Source: Bacteroidia bacterium
Lineage (GTDB): Bacteria > Bacteroidota > Bacteroidia > Bacteroidales > Prolixibacteraceae
Length of the DNA: 64,000 nt
Direction of reading: 5' to 3'
NCBI GenBank assembly: GCA_026391315.1
Contig: JAPLDT010000088.1
Coordinates: 6,222 to 70,221, forward strand
Positions 46,057-54,076 of this stretch are shown here, piece after piece (the stretch's first letter is position 1; each line of letters starts with the position of its first letter). Made by a program: the position numbers and the translations under genes. The notes below the pieces were generated by a model, which was not told the DNA's origin, ran no database searches, and saw nothing but the letters and a program-made list of their open reading frames with translations.

Positions 46057-46357
46057 GTTTGAAATGTTTAAAAAGTTTGAAAAGTTACCGGTCCCTGAGC
46101 GAAGTCGAAGGGAAATGTTTGAAATGTTTAGGAAGTTTAAAAAGTTGCTGGTCCCTGAGCCTGTCGAAGGGGCGAAGTAATTGGATAAAATAGTCACCGG
46201 TCCCTGAGCTTGTCGAAGGGGTTTTTCTGTATGGACCTTATGGTAAATAAATTTCACAACAAAGATCACAAGAGTTGACACGAAGGACACAAGGACTTCA
46301 ATTTTTCGGTTAAACTCCGGCACCGTTAACATTTCAAACTTTTTAAACATTTCAAAC
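46057..46357. promoter_or_regulatory. 30-bp inverted repeat pair (29/30 match) bracketing a 241-bp segment upstream of upxY; candidate invertible element
   Basis: The left arm at 46057-46086 is GTTTGAAATGTTTAAAAAGTTTGAAAAGTT. The right arm at 46328-46357 is AACATTTCAAACTTTTTAAACATTTCAAAC. The interior holds three reversed 25-nt repeats (46088-46112, 46148-46172, 46197-46221) and a second left-arm-like copy at 46117-46146. Confidence 0.5.
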
Positions 46358-46438
46358 AATTTAAACCAATAAGAAGTTGCGCAATTCTAAAAGTATAGGA
46401 TATGCAGGCAAAAGCATTCTCCCCTTCTCCCCCTCTTT

Positions 46439-48874
46439 TTACTTTGGGAAGCCCGATGGCGGTGCAGCCGCAGCGTCCGCGCCCCAGCTTTTGTTGGGCA
46501 ACTCGCCCATCTGCAGCTCAAGCAGCGCCCCATTCATCAGTTCCTCATGAGTAAACCACGGTTTGTTAAGCGGTTGACCATTCAGTTTGGCGCTTTGGAT
46601 GTACTTGTTTTTGACAGAACATCCGGTTGCTTTGATGGTAAAAGTCTTACCATTCCCGAGGGATATTTTTACCTCCTCGAAAAGCGGAGAGCCAATGTTG
46701 TAGTTGGGCAATCCAGGGGTAACCGGATAAAAGCCCATCGAGGAGAAGACCACAAATGCGGTCATACCACCGCCGTCCTCGTCACCGGGTATGCCGAAAA
46801 TGTTGTCCTTGAACCAGACATCCAGCAGAAAACGAATCCGCTTCTGGGTTTTCCAGGGTTCACCCGAATAGTTGTAGAGGTAGGGGATGAAGAAACTTGG
46901 TTCGTTGCCCATCGAATATTGCCCTACCATGCCGGTGGCATCGGCGAATTTGGCCCAGAAAGCGAATTTACTCCGGCCAAGCGGCTCGCGGAAAAGCTGA
47001 TCGATGGTGGCTGTGAATCCTTCGCGTCCACCCATCAACCCAATGAGGCCGTGGAGATCGTGTTGTGCCTGCCATGCATAGGTATAGCCGTTGTTTTCGT
47101 CGTAATAATCGCGTCCGCCAGGACCGCCATCGAATTTTGGATCAATGTCGATCCAGTTTCCGGCAGAATCTTTCGGCCACATTAGCTTCTTATCAGGACG
47201 ATAGAGGTTGCGGTAGTTGAGCGATTGTTTACGGTAGTAGACCGCATCATTAGGCTTGTTCAGCTCTCCTGCCATTTCAGATAAGGCCCAGTCGTCGAAA
47301 CTATGAGCGAGGGTGATGGCAACACTCTCGCGACGTTCAAAATCGTGCACAAGCTTGACCGTCTCAGTCTGTCCTGGCCACAAAGCAGGGTAAAAGCCTT
47401 TTTCGCGGTAGAATGTGTCGAGGATGCATTTCGGACCATTTCGCCAGGGAAGCATGGTGGCTGAGGTGGCATTCTTCAGCATCCCTTCGTAAGCTTTAGG
47501 GACATCAAAATTGCGGATCCCTTTTCGGTAACCATCCAGCAGTGCTACGGTGGAGTGAAAACCATTCATGGCAGGATCATCTTTGAATAGCAGCGGAAAT
47601 TGCGGCAGCCATCCCCCCTGTTCATACATGGTGACATACGATTGCAGCATGTCTCCCTCCATTTCGGGATGAAGAATGGAACGGAGTGGGTGCATGGCGA
47701 GATAAGTGTCCCAAATCCAGTCGTCCACGTAAAAATCGCGGGTGGTGGGGTGTACTTTGTGGTCGTAAGCGCTGTAGTATTGACCATGCTCGTTGATGTT
47801 GATCATCCTTTCGTACTGCCTGTACAGAGAGGTGTAGAAGGTGCGGCGCTGGGCTTCCGTACCTCCTTTTACCTTAATCTGGTCCATCACGGTAGTCCAT
47901 TTTTGCTCGGCATTTTTTCTGGTTCCGTCAAAATCCCATGCCGGAATCTCTGCTGCCAGATTGGCTTTGGCCTGTTGGATGCTGATAAAGGAGATGGCGT
48001 ATTTCATCACCACTTCCGAAGGGGTATTGGCTCCAAAGCGAATCCATGCACCCGGTTTGACGGATGATTCTCCTTTTTTAGGATCGGAAACCTGAAGGCT
48101 CAGCTTTCCGGCTTGACCGGCCTGGTTCACTTCACCGTACACATAAGCTTTCATCCCCATAAACTCTTCCGTTCCAGAAAAAGACATTCCCGATCTCCCA
48201 GTCTCCCAGTCCCCCAGTCCCTTAGTCTTTCCGTCTTTACTTCTTTCGGTCGCCCCTTCGCCCCCTCGTCCCTTCACCCCCTCGTTTTCCATCTCCCAAC
48301 TTCCCTGGTTGACAACGCGTAGCGCCAAAAACTTCTCTCCCTTACCAGGAAAGCTAAACCTGAAAATACCGCATTTGGCGCCGGGAGTGAACTCAGTTTT
48401 GATGTTGTTGTCAATGAAGTAGGTGGAATAGTAAAACGGACGAGTAATCTCCAGATCGTGGTCATAGGTTTGCCGTTTTCCCCAGGTTTCAGCTTTTGGC
48501 TCCCCCAGATAAGGCATGACTCCAAACAATTCCCCTTTGCGGTGGGAGGAGATGGTTAACGGAAAAAAACTGATCTGATCATCTAAATAATCTGCACGGA
48601 CAGGATAAAAACGTACCATTTGGTTAGGCAGATGCACTGTTGGACGCGTAGGCTGAAGGAGGATACCGACATTGCCAATGGTGGGGTCGACAGTTTCAAG
48701 ATTGGTGCGGGTTTGGGCGGTTGCGGAAAATGCGGATATTAGAAAGATAAGGGAAATGACGGAGAGACGGAGGGACGGAGGGACTAGGGGACTTGGAGAC
48801 TGGGAGACTGGGAGACTGGGAGAATTGACACTCGTACCTCTTCGAAACGGGATTGAAAATAGTTTGCTTTTCAT
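46439..48874 (-). CDS. GH92-family glycoside hydrolase (alpha-mannosidase-like), secreted
   Basis: I start it at Met-12 of the track ORF (MKSKLF...). It has GH92 hallmarks: YDHDLEITRPFYYSTYF, GMVGQYSMGNEPSFFIPYLY and GIPGDEDGGGMTAFVVFSSMGFYPVTPG. It carries two in-frame repeat-derived inserts (see findings). Confidence 0.85.
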   Translation of the reverse strand: MKSKLFSIPFRRGTSVNSPSLPVSQSPSPLVPPSLRLSVISLIFLISAFSATAQTRTNLETVDPTIGNVGILLQPTRPTVHLPNQMVRFYPVRADYLDDQISFFPLTISSHRKGELFGVMPYLGEPKAETWGKRQTYDHDLEITRPFYYSTYFIDNNIKTEFTPGAKCGIFRFSFPGKGEKFLALRVVNQGSWEMENEGVKGRGGEGATERSKDGKTKGLGDWETGRSGMSFSGTEEFMGMKAYVYGEVNQAGQAGKLSLQVSDPKKGESSVKPGAWIRFGANTPSEVVMKYAISFISIQQAKANLAAEIPAWDFDGTRKNAEQKWTTVMDQIKVKGGTEAQRRTFYTSLYRQYERMININEHGQYYSAYDHKVHPTTRDFYVDDWIWDTYLAMHPLRSILHPEMEGDMLQSYVTMYEQGGWLPQFPLLFKDDPAMNGFHSTVALLDGYRKGIRNFDVPKAYEGMLKNATSATMLPWRNGPKCILDTFYREKGFYPALWPGQTETVKLVHDFERRESVAITLAHSFDDWALSEMAGELNKPNDAVYYRKQSLNYRNLYRPDKKLMWPKDSAGNWIDIDPKFDGGPGGRDYYDENNGYTYAWQAQHDLHGLIGLMGGREGFTATIDQLFREPLGRSKFAFWAKFADATGMVGQYSMGNEPSFFIPYLYNYSGEPWKTQKRIRFLLDVWFKDNIFGIPGDEDGGGMTAFVVFSSMGFYPVTPGLPNYNIGSPLFEEVKISLGNGKTFTIKATGCSVKNKYIQSAKLNGQPLNKPWFTHEELMNGALLELQMGELPNKSWGADAAAAPPSGFPK
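48187..48290 (-). repeat. Repeat-word segment translated in frame inside GH92 (internal)
   Basis: The plus strand reads TCTCCCAGTCTCCCAGTCCCCCAGTCCC...CGCCCCTTCGCCCCCTCGTCCCTTCACCCCCTCG. It encodes ENEGVKGRGGEGATERSKDGKTKGLGDWETGRSG. The boundaries are approximate. Confidence 0.7.
48761..48832 (-). repeat. Repeat-word segment translated in frame in the GH92 signal-peptide n-region
   Basis: The plus strand reads GGAGAGACGGAGGGACGGAGGGACTAGGGGACTTGGAGACTGGGAGACTGGGAGACTGGGAGA. It encodes SPSLPVSQSPSPLVPPSLRLS. It is inverted relative to 48197-48222. Confidence 0.75.
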
Positions 48875-48936
48875 TGTAGTAGTTATAGTATGATTCAAAT
48901 AGTTCAATTTAAATTACTTTGAGACCTTAGTGAAAT

Positions 48937-48983
48937 CCTTTGTGGCCTTAGTGTTGAAATTTTTACCACTAAGACCACAAAGG
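48937..48983. repeat. Strong hairpin (17-bp stem with 1 mismatch, 13-nt loop) in the GH92/DUF1080 divergent spacer
   Basis: CCTTTGTGGCCTTAGTG ... CACTAAGACCACAAAGG. It is built from CACAAAGG/CCTTAGTG words that recur nearby. Confidence 0.8.
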
Positions 48984-49144
48984 AATGCACAAAGGAACAC
49001 AAAGTTGATCCGCAAATGATGGTTGCAAATGTAACTTGATTTGGGTAGAAAATCAATTCGAAAAAGATACCGTTTGCGATAACGGAATGGAAAAAGATGT
49101 TTATTTTAGCAAAAACATTTACCAACTATATTAGACCAATACAA

Positions 49145-50512
49145 ATGAAGAAAATTAGCATTTTGTTATTATTGACACTCTTTGTATCCGGAGCTTTCGC
49201 TGCTAAATCAGGATGGGTCAACCTGTTCAACGGGAAAAATCTGGACGGATGGAAAGTTGTCAACGGCAATGCAGACTACAAAATTGTCAACGGAGAGATT
49301 GTAGGTACCAGCATCTGTAACAGCCCGAACAGCTTTTTGGCTACCGGAGTCAACTATGGAGACTTTATCCTTGAATACGAAATGAAGATGGACCGCGGAC
49401 TCAACTCCGGTGTCCAGATCAGGAGTATCAGCGACCCGGCAGTCATGAATGGCAGGGTACACGGATACCAGGTGGAGTGCGATGACTCCGAACGCGCCTG
49501 GTCGGCAGGTATTTACGATGAAGCACGTCGCGGTTGGCTTTACCCGATGGAGTACAACCAGGCTGCAAAAAAATCTTACAAAAAAGGTGAATGGAACAGT
49601 TACCGGGTTGAGTGTGTTGGTAATACCATTCGCACCTGGCTCAATGGCGTACCCTGTGCCAATCTGGTAGATGACATGACGGCTTCAGGTCTGATCGCAC
49701 TTCAGGTCCATGCCATTGGAGATAGAAAAGAAGATGAAGGGAAAACGATCTGCTGGAGAAACATCCGGATCAAAACTGAAAAACTGGCTGCGGAACAGAA
49801 GAAAACTGATGCTCCCGAGGTAAGCTATCTGAGCAACACCCTTACCAAAGCTCAGCAAAAAGAGGGCTGGAAGTTGTTGTGGGATGGCAAAAGTATGAAT
49901 GGCTGGCTCAACGCAAGAGATGGCAAACTGCCCACAAAAGGATGGACAATCCTTGACAATGAAGTAGTAGCCAACCTGAAGGATAACAAAGGCGGAGGAG
50001 ACATAGTGACCGAAAAGGAGTACAAAAATTTCATCCTGGAGATTGATTTTAAATTTACTCCCAGGGCCAATGGCGGGATTAAATATTTTATTCAGCCCAA
50101 TCCCAAGGGAGAAGGATTTTCAAATATCGGCTGCGAATATCAAATTCTGGACGACAAATTGCATCCTGATGCTAAAGCGGGAATCAATGGCGACCGCACG
50201 CTGGCCTCATTGTACGACCTGATCCCTGCCAACTCTCAAAAATTTGATCCTGCCCAGTCTGTTAAACGGAGCAACGGTGTGAACCAGTGGGAACGTGCCC
50301 GCATCGAGGTAAGGGGTGAAAAAGTTGCCCACTATCTGAACGGCATCAAGATCGTAGAGTATATCCGCGGTACGCCTGAATGGAAAGCGCTGGTCGCAAC
50401 CAGCAAATTCGCGAAGGTCGCGGGCTTCGGCGAATATGCCACCGGCCACATCCTGCTGCAGGACCATGGGGATGAGGTGCATTACCGCAATATTAAGATA
50501 AAAGAGCTGTAA
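49145..50512 (+). CDS. Tandem DUF1080 (3-keto-disaccharide hydrolase-like) domain protein, secreted
   Basis: I start it at MKKISILLLLTLFVSGAFA. It has two copies of the pattern WxxLFNGKxLxGW...GDIxxxxxYxxFxLxxExK...NSGxxxR...EYQILD...RNIRIKEL. Confidence 0.8.
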   Translation: MKKISILLLLTLFVSGAFAAKSGWVNLFNGKNLDGWKVVNGNADYKIVNGEIVGTSICNSPNSFLATGVNYGDFILEYEMKMDRGLNSGVQIRSISDPAVMNGRVHGYQVECDDSERAWSAGIYDEARRGWLYPMEYNQAAKKSYKKGEWNSYRVECVGNTIRTWLNGVPCANLVDDMTASGLIALQVHAIGDRKEDEGKTICWRNIRIKTEKLAAEQKKTDAPEVSYLSNTLTKAQQKEGWKLLWDGKSMNGWLNARDGKLPTKGWTILDNEVVANLKDNKGGGDIVTEKEYKNFILEIDFKFTPRANGGIKYFIQPNPKGEGFSNIGCEYQILDDKLHPDAKAGINGDRTLASLYDLIPANSQKFDPAQSVKRSNGVNQWERARIEVRGEKVAHYLNGIKIVEYIRGTPEWKALVATSKFAKVAGFGEYATGHILLQDHGDEVHYRNIKIKEL

Positions 50513-50537
50513 TGAATAAGTTTGAAATGTTTTTTTA

Positions 50538-50558
50538 GTTTGAAATGTTTGAAGGGTT
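50538..50558. repeat. Left arm of the perfect 21-bp inverted repeat bracketing the second four-helix-bundle gene
   Basis: GTTTGAAATGTTTGAAGGGTT. Its exact reverse complement occurs at 51018-51038 and again at 51036-51056. Confidence 0.9.
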
Positions 50559-50615
50559 ACGGCCTCTTTGTAATTTGTTTAAAGGGTTTGAAATGTTTAT
50601 AATGTTTGAAATGTT

Positions 50616-51008
50616 ATGACTATTAAATGCTTTGAAGATTTAGAGATTTGGCAGGAAGCACGAGAATTGTGTAAACTGGTGAGACAAGTCACATTTAGGG
50701 AACCATTTGTAAATGAGTTCAGATTCAGGGATCAAATGAACGCATCGGCTGGATCGATAATGGATAACATTGCAGAAGGATTTGACAGAGGAGGAAACAA
50801 GGAATTCATACAATTTCTGAGTATCAGTAAAGGATCTTGCGATGAAACCCGCTCTCAATGTTACCGGGCTTTTGATGCCGGGTATATACAGGAAACAGAA
50901 CTCAATGATCTTTTGGGACGAACCCAACGATTAAAATTAAAAATTGGCAATTTTATGGAATACCTTAAACATAGTCCCCTAACCGGAACCAAATACAAGA
51001 AAGATTGA
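50616..51008 (+). CDS. Four-helix-bundle protein (TIGR02436 / 23S rRNA intervening-sequence protein family, Avd-like)
   Basis: 130 aa. It shows FEDLEIWQEARELCKLV...FRDQMNASAGSIMDNIAEGFDRGGNKEFIQFLSISKGSCDETRSQ. Confidence 0.85.
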   Translation: MTIKCFEDLEIWQEARELCKLVRQVTFREPFVNEFRFRDQMNASAGSIMDNIAEGFDRGGNKEFIQFLSISKGSCDETRSQCYRAFDAGYIQETELNDLLGRTQRLKLKIGNFMEYLKHSPLTGTKYKKD

Positions 51009-51017
51009 AATATTTCA

Positions 51018-51056
51018 AACCCTTCAAACATTTCAAACCCTTCAAACATTTCAAAC
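51018..51056. repeat. Right arm (two overlapping registers) of the 21-bp inverted repeat
   Basis: AACCCTTCAAACATTTCAAAC occurs at 51018-51038 and at 51036-51056. Confidence 0.9.
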
Positions 51057-51076
51057 AATTAAAACTACTATTTATC

Positions 51077-52432
51077 ATGGAACCAAAACAAGATTTATCC
51101 CGCCGCAACTTTATCTCCACCTCAGCATTGGGGAGTGTCGCGACACTGGGGGCCGCAAATTTGCTACTTTCCTGCTCTGGACCGGGAACCAAACCAATCA
51201 AAGAAACGGTCTCATCGGCGATGCTGGATCTGGCGCCGGATGGCAAAGTATTACGTGCAGGATTGGTAGGATGCGGCGGAAGAGGTACCGGTGCGGCCAT
51301 CAACTTTGTCGATGCAGGACCAAACCTTCAGATCGTTGCGCTGGGCGATGTTTTTCAGGATAAGATGGCCGAGTCGAGGGCTCAGCTGAAAAAGCAGCGA
51401 AACATTGAAGTGCCCGATGAAAAGTGTTTTGTCGGATTCGATAGTTACCAGAAGGTGCTCGATGCCGGCGTGGATATCGTCCTGTTGTGCACCCCTCCTC
51501 ATTTCCGGCCGGCCCATGTCGAAGCTGCCGTCAATGCCGGGAAGCACATCTTTATGGAGAAACCCTGTGCGGTCGATCCGGTTGGCGCACGATCCATTCT
51601 GGTCTCCTCCAAGAAGGCGGAGCAGCTGGGATTGTCGATTGTAAGCGGCACGATTCGTCGTGTGCAAAAAGATTATGTCGAGACACACAGGAGGGTTGCT
51701 GCTGGTGAGATCGGCGAGATTGTCAGCGCTCATGTGGTTCGGAATGGCGGTGCGCTTTGGGTGAAAAAGAGAAGACCCGAGTGGACCGACATGGAGTACA
51801 TGCTCCGCAATTGGGAGAACTTCTGCTGGCTCTCGGGCGACCACATCGTCGAACAGTTTATCCACGAGGTAGATGTGATGAACTGGCACATTGGAAAAAA
51901 TCCGGTGAAATGTATGGGCTGGGGTGGCCGTCAGCGGCGCGTCTCAGGCGACCAGTACGATTTTTTCAGCGTCGAATATGTCTACGACAACGGAATGCAG
52001 GCACATTGCGCCGCCCGTCAGGTAAGCGGATGCAGCAACCTGAAGCGCGAAATCATCGTGGGTACCAAGGGATATGCCGATTGCAACGGCACGCTTTTCC
52101 ATCCGGATGGTACGGTGATGTGGAAATATCCATACCCAAAAGACGGGGATACCGATCTGACCTGGAAGGTTAAAGATCCTTATGTGCAGGAGCATGTTAA
52201 CCTGGTGACGGCGATACGTACGGGAAAACGGTTCAGTGATGCGGAGGCCCAGGTCAATTCTACCCTGATCACCATGATGGGAAGAATCGCGGCCTACACC
52301 GGCAAGGATGTTACCTGGGATGAGATGATGAACTCCGGTCTTTCGCTGGGACCTAAAACATATGCCTTCGGGCCTGTTCCAAATATCCCGGAGGTGATTC
52401 CGGTGATTGGGATTGAAGCGGTGCCTTCGTAA
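51077..52432 (+). CDS. Gfo/Idh/MocA-family oxidoreductase with Tat signal
   Basis: I start it at MEPKQDLSRRNFISTSALGSVATLGAANLLLS (twin-arginine motif). It also shows GLVGCGGRGTGAA and FMEKP. The 24 upstream track codons (FKPFKHFKPFKHF) translate repeat words. Confidence 0.85.
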   Translation: MEPKQDLSRRNFISTSALGSVATLGAANLLLSCSGPGTKPIKETVSSAMLDLAPDGKVLRAGLVGCGGRGTGAAINFVDAGPNLQIVALGDVFQDKMAESRAQLKKQRNIEVPDEKCFVGFDSYQKVLDAGVDIVLLCTPPHFRPAHVEAAVNAGKHIFMEKPCAVDPVGARSILVSSKKAEQLGLSIVSGTIRRVQKDYVETHRRVAAGEIGEIVSAHVVRNGGALWVKKRRPEWTDMEYMLRNWENFCWLSGDHIVEQFIHEVDVMNWHIGKNPVKCMGWGGRQRRVSGDQYDFFSVEYVYDNGMQAHCAARQVSGCSNLKREIIVGTKGYADCNGTLFHPDGTVMWKYPYPKDGDTDLTWKVKDPYVQEHVNLVTAIRTGKRFSDAEAQVNSTLITMMGRIAAYTGKDVTWDEMMNSGLSLGPKTYAFGPVPNIPEVIPVIGIEAVPS

Positions 52433-52601
52433 AAAAAGTTTGAAGGGTTTGAAAAGTTTAAAATGTTTAGCGCCCCAAACACTTCAATTTTTTTGAACAC
52501 TTCAAACAAACTAAAATATCTTTCGGCAGACTCAGAAACCATTGGATCTTGGTAGGGATGTTCCGAGACCGTAACCCTTCAAACATTTTAAACTTTTAGG
52601 A

Positions 52602-53504
52602 ATGAAACGCAGGGAATTTGCCAGAAACACAATTGCAGCCTCATTGGGAGTGATGGCAGCCCCCAATTTGGGGATTGCCCAAACTGAAAAGAGCCCGGCA
52701 AGATCCATCAAAAAGGGGATCATGTGGGGAAATATTGGGTTCGGTACATCCATTATGGAAAAATTTCAGGCTGCCAAGACAGCCGGGTTCGATGGTGTTG
52801 AGGTGTACAGTCATCTCAACAGGGAGGAGGTTCTTCAGGCTGCCAAACAAACCGGAATGATCATCCCATCTGTTTGCGGCTCCCTTCATGGCAAATATTC
52901 ATTGTCCGATCCCGATCCGAAGGTCCGGGCACTTGGGGTTGATGCGCTAAAGGTAACCTTTGAAGATGCCAAAGCTTATGGCGCAGACACCATCCTGCTG
53001 GTTCCCGGCAGGGTGAACGAAACGGTCAGCTACGACCAATGCTGGGATTTGTCGATCGCTGAGATTCGAAAGGTTCTTCCGTTGGCTGGGAAGCTTGGTG
53101 TGACCATTGCCATCGAAAATGTCTGGAACAACTTTCTGCTTTCGCCGCTTGAGGCAGCCCGCTACATCGACCAATTCAATTCGCCTCTCGTGAAGGCCTA
53201 TTTCGATTGCGGAAATGTGCTGGTCATCGGATGGCCGGAGCAGTGGATCAGAATCCTTGGGAAGCGAATCGCGAGGATTCATATCAAAGAATACAGCCGG
53301 AAAATTGCCGACAAACAGGGTAAATGGGCCGGATTTGGTGTGGCTTTGCAGGAGGGCGACAACAACTGGCCGGTCATTGTCAAAGCTCTGGATGAAATTG
53401 GTTACCATGGTTGGGCAACCATCGAACAACCAGGAGGAGATAACCCAGAGGGTTTAAAAGAGTTGTGCCATCGTCTGACAAATATCCTTAATCTTCCATT
53501 ATGA
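52602..53504 (+). CDS. Xylose-isomerase-like TIM-barrel sugar phosphate isomerase/epimerase with Tat signal
   Basis: 300 aa. It shows MKRREFARNTIAASLGVMAAP, then the AP-endonuclease-2/TIM pattern (IAIENVWNNFL, HIKEY). Confidence 0.8.
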   Translation: MKRREFARNTIAASLGVMAAPNLGIAQTEKSPARSIKKGIMWGNIGFGTSIMEKFQAAKTAGFDGVEVYSHLNREEVLQAAKQTGMIIPSVCGSLHGKYSLSDPDPKVRALGVDALKVTFEDAKAYGADTILLVPGRVNETVSYDQCWDLSIAEIRKVLPLAGKLGVTIAIENVWNNFLLSPLEAARYIDQFNSPLVKAYFDCGNVLVIGWPEQWIRILGKRIARIHIKEYSRKIADKQGKWAGFGVALQEGDNNWPVIVKALDEIGYHGWATIEQPGGDNPEGLKELCHRLTNILNLPL

Positions 53505-53983
53505 GAAGCTATTACACGAGTATGGAGAGTCCGGTTGGCCGGATCGTCCTGGTTTCGAATGATACGCATTTGAAATCACTCTCTTTCAGCGGCGAGCAGG
53601 TAGATGAACCGGATAAACTGCCCGAAATTTTGTTGAGGACAGTTCACCAGTTAAATGAATATTTTGCCGGTACAAGGTTCATGTTTGATCTTGAAATTGA
53701 TCCGGATGGTTCCGAATTTCAGAAACTGGTTTGGCAACAATTGCTCAAGGTTCCATTTGGAAGCACCAAAAGCTACCGCGAAGTTGCTGTCAGCCTTGGT
53801 TCTGCCTTAAATACACGCGCGGTTGGCACCGCAAATGGCAAAAATCCAATTGCGATCATAGTTCCCTGTCACCGGGTCATCGGAAGTGATGGGAAGATGG
53901 TGGGTTATGCAGGCGGTTTGGACCGGAAGAAATGGTTGTTGTTGCATGAAGCTCAACATACGAAACGGCAGGAGCTTTTCTGA
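53501..53983 (+). CDS. ogt: Methylated-DNA--protein-cysteine methyltransferase
   Basis: 160 aa. The active site is IIVPCHRVIGSDG, and it also shows YREVA...RAVGTANGKNP. Its start overlaps the upstream stop (ATGA). Confidence 0.9.
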   Translation: MRSYYTSMESPVGRIVLVSNDTHLKSLSFSGEQVDEPDKLPEILLRTVHQLNEYFAGTRFMFDLEIDPDGSEFQKLVWQQLLKVPFGSTKSYREVAVSLGSALNTRAVGTANGKNPIAIIVPCHRVIGSDGKMVGYAGGLDRKKWLLLHEAQHTKRQELF

Positions 53984-53992
53984 TGGGGAAAA

Positions 53993-54023
53993 TTTCACGA
54001 ATCTAGGCGAATTGCACGAACGG
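53993..54023. repeat. ACGAAT-triplet motif outside the polysaccharide locus
   Basis: The sequence is TTTCACGAATCTAGGCGAATTGCACGAACGG. It lies just after the ogt stop and is followed by the MITE-like palindrome at 54077-54243. Confidence 0.8.
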
Positions 54024-54076
54024 CAGAGATATGATGATGCGCAATATATATATGATGAATTTGATACGTTAATGAT

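Noticed and set aside
46547-48067. Antisense ORFs inside GH92 (46547-47185, 47600-48067) and inside other large genes (51251-51889, 52947-53429, 57303-57884, 60474-60953, 61014-61586, 62881-63333)
   Set aside because: All lie opposite strongly supported CDSs with recognisable family motifs. None has recognisable motifs of its own.
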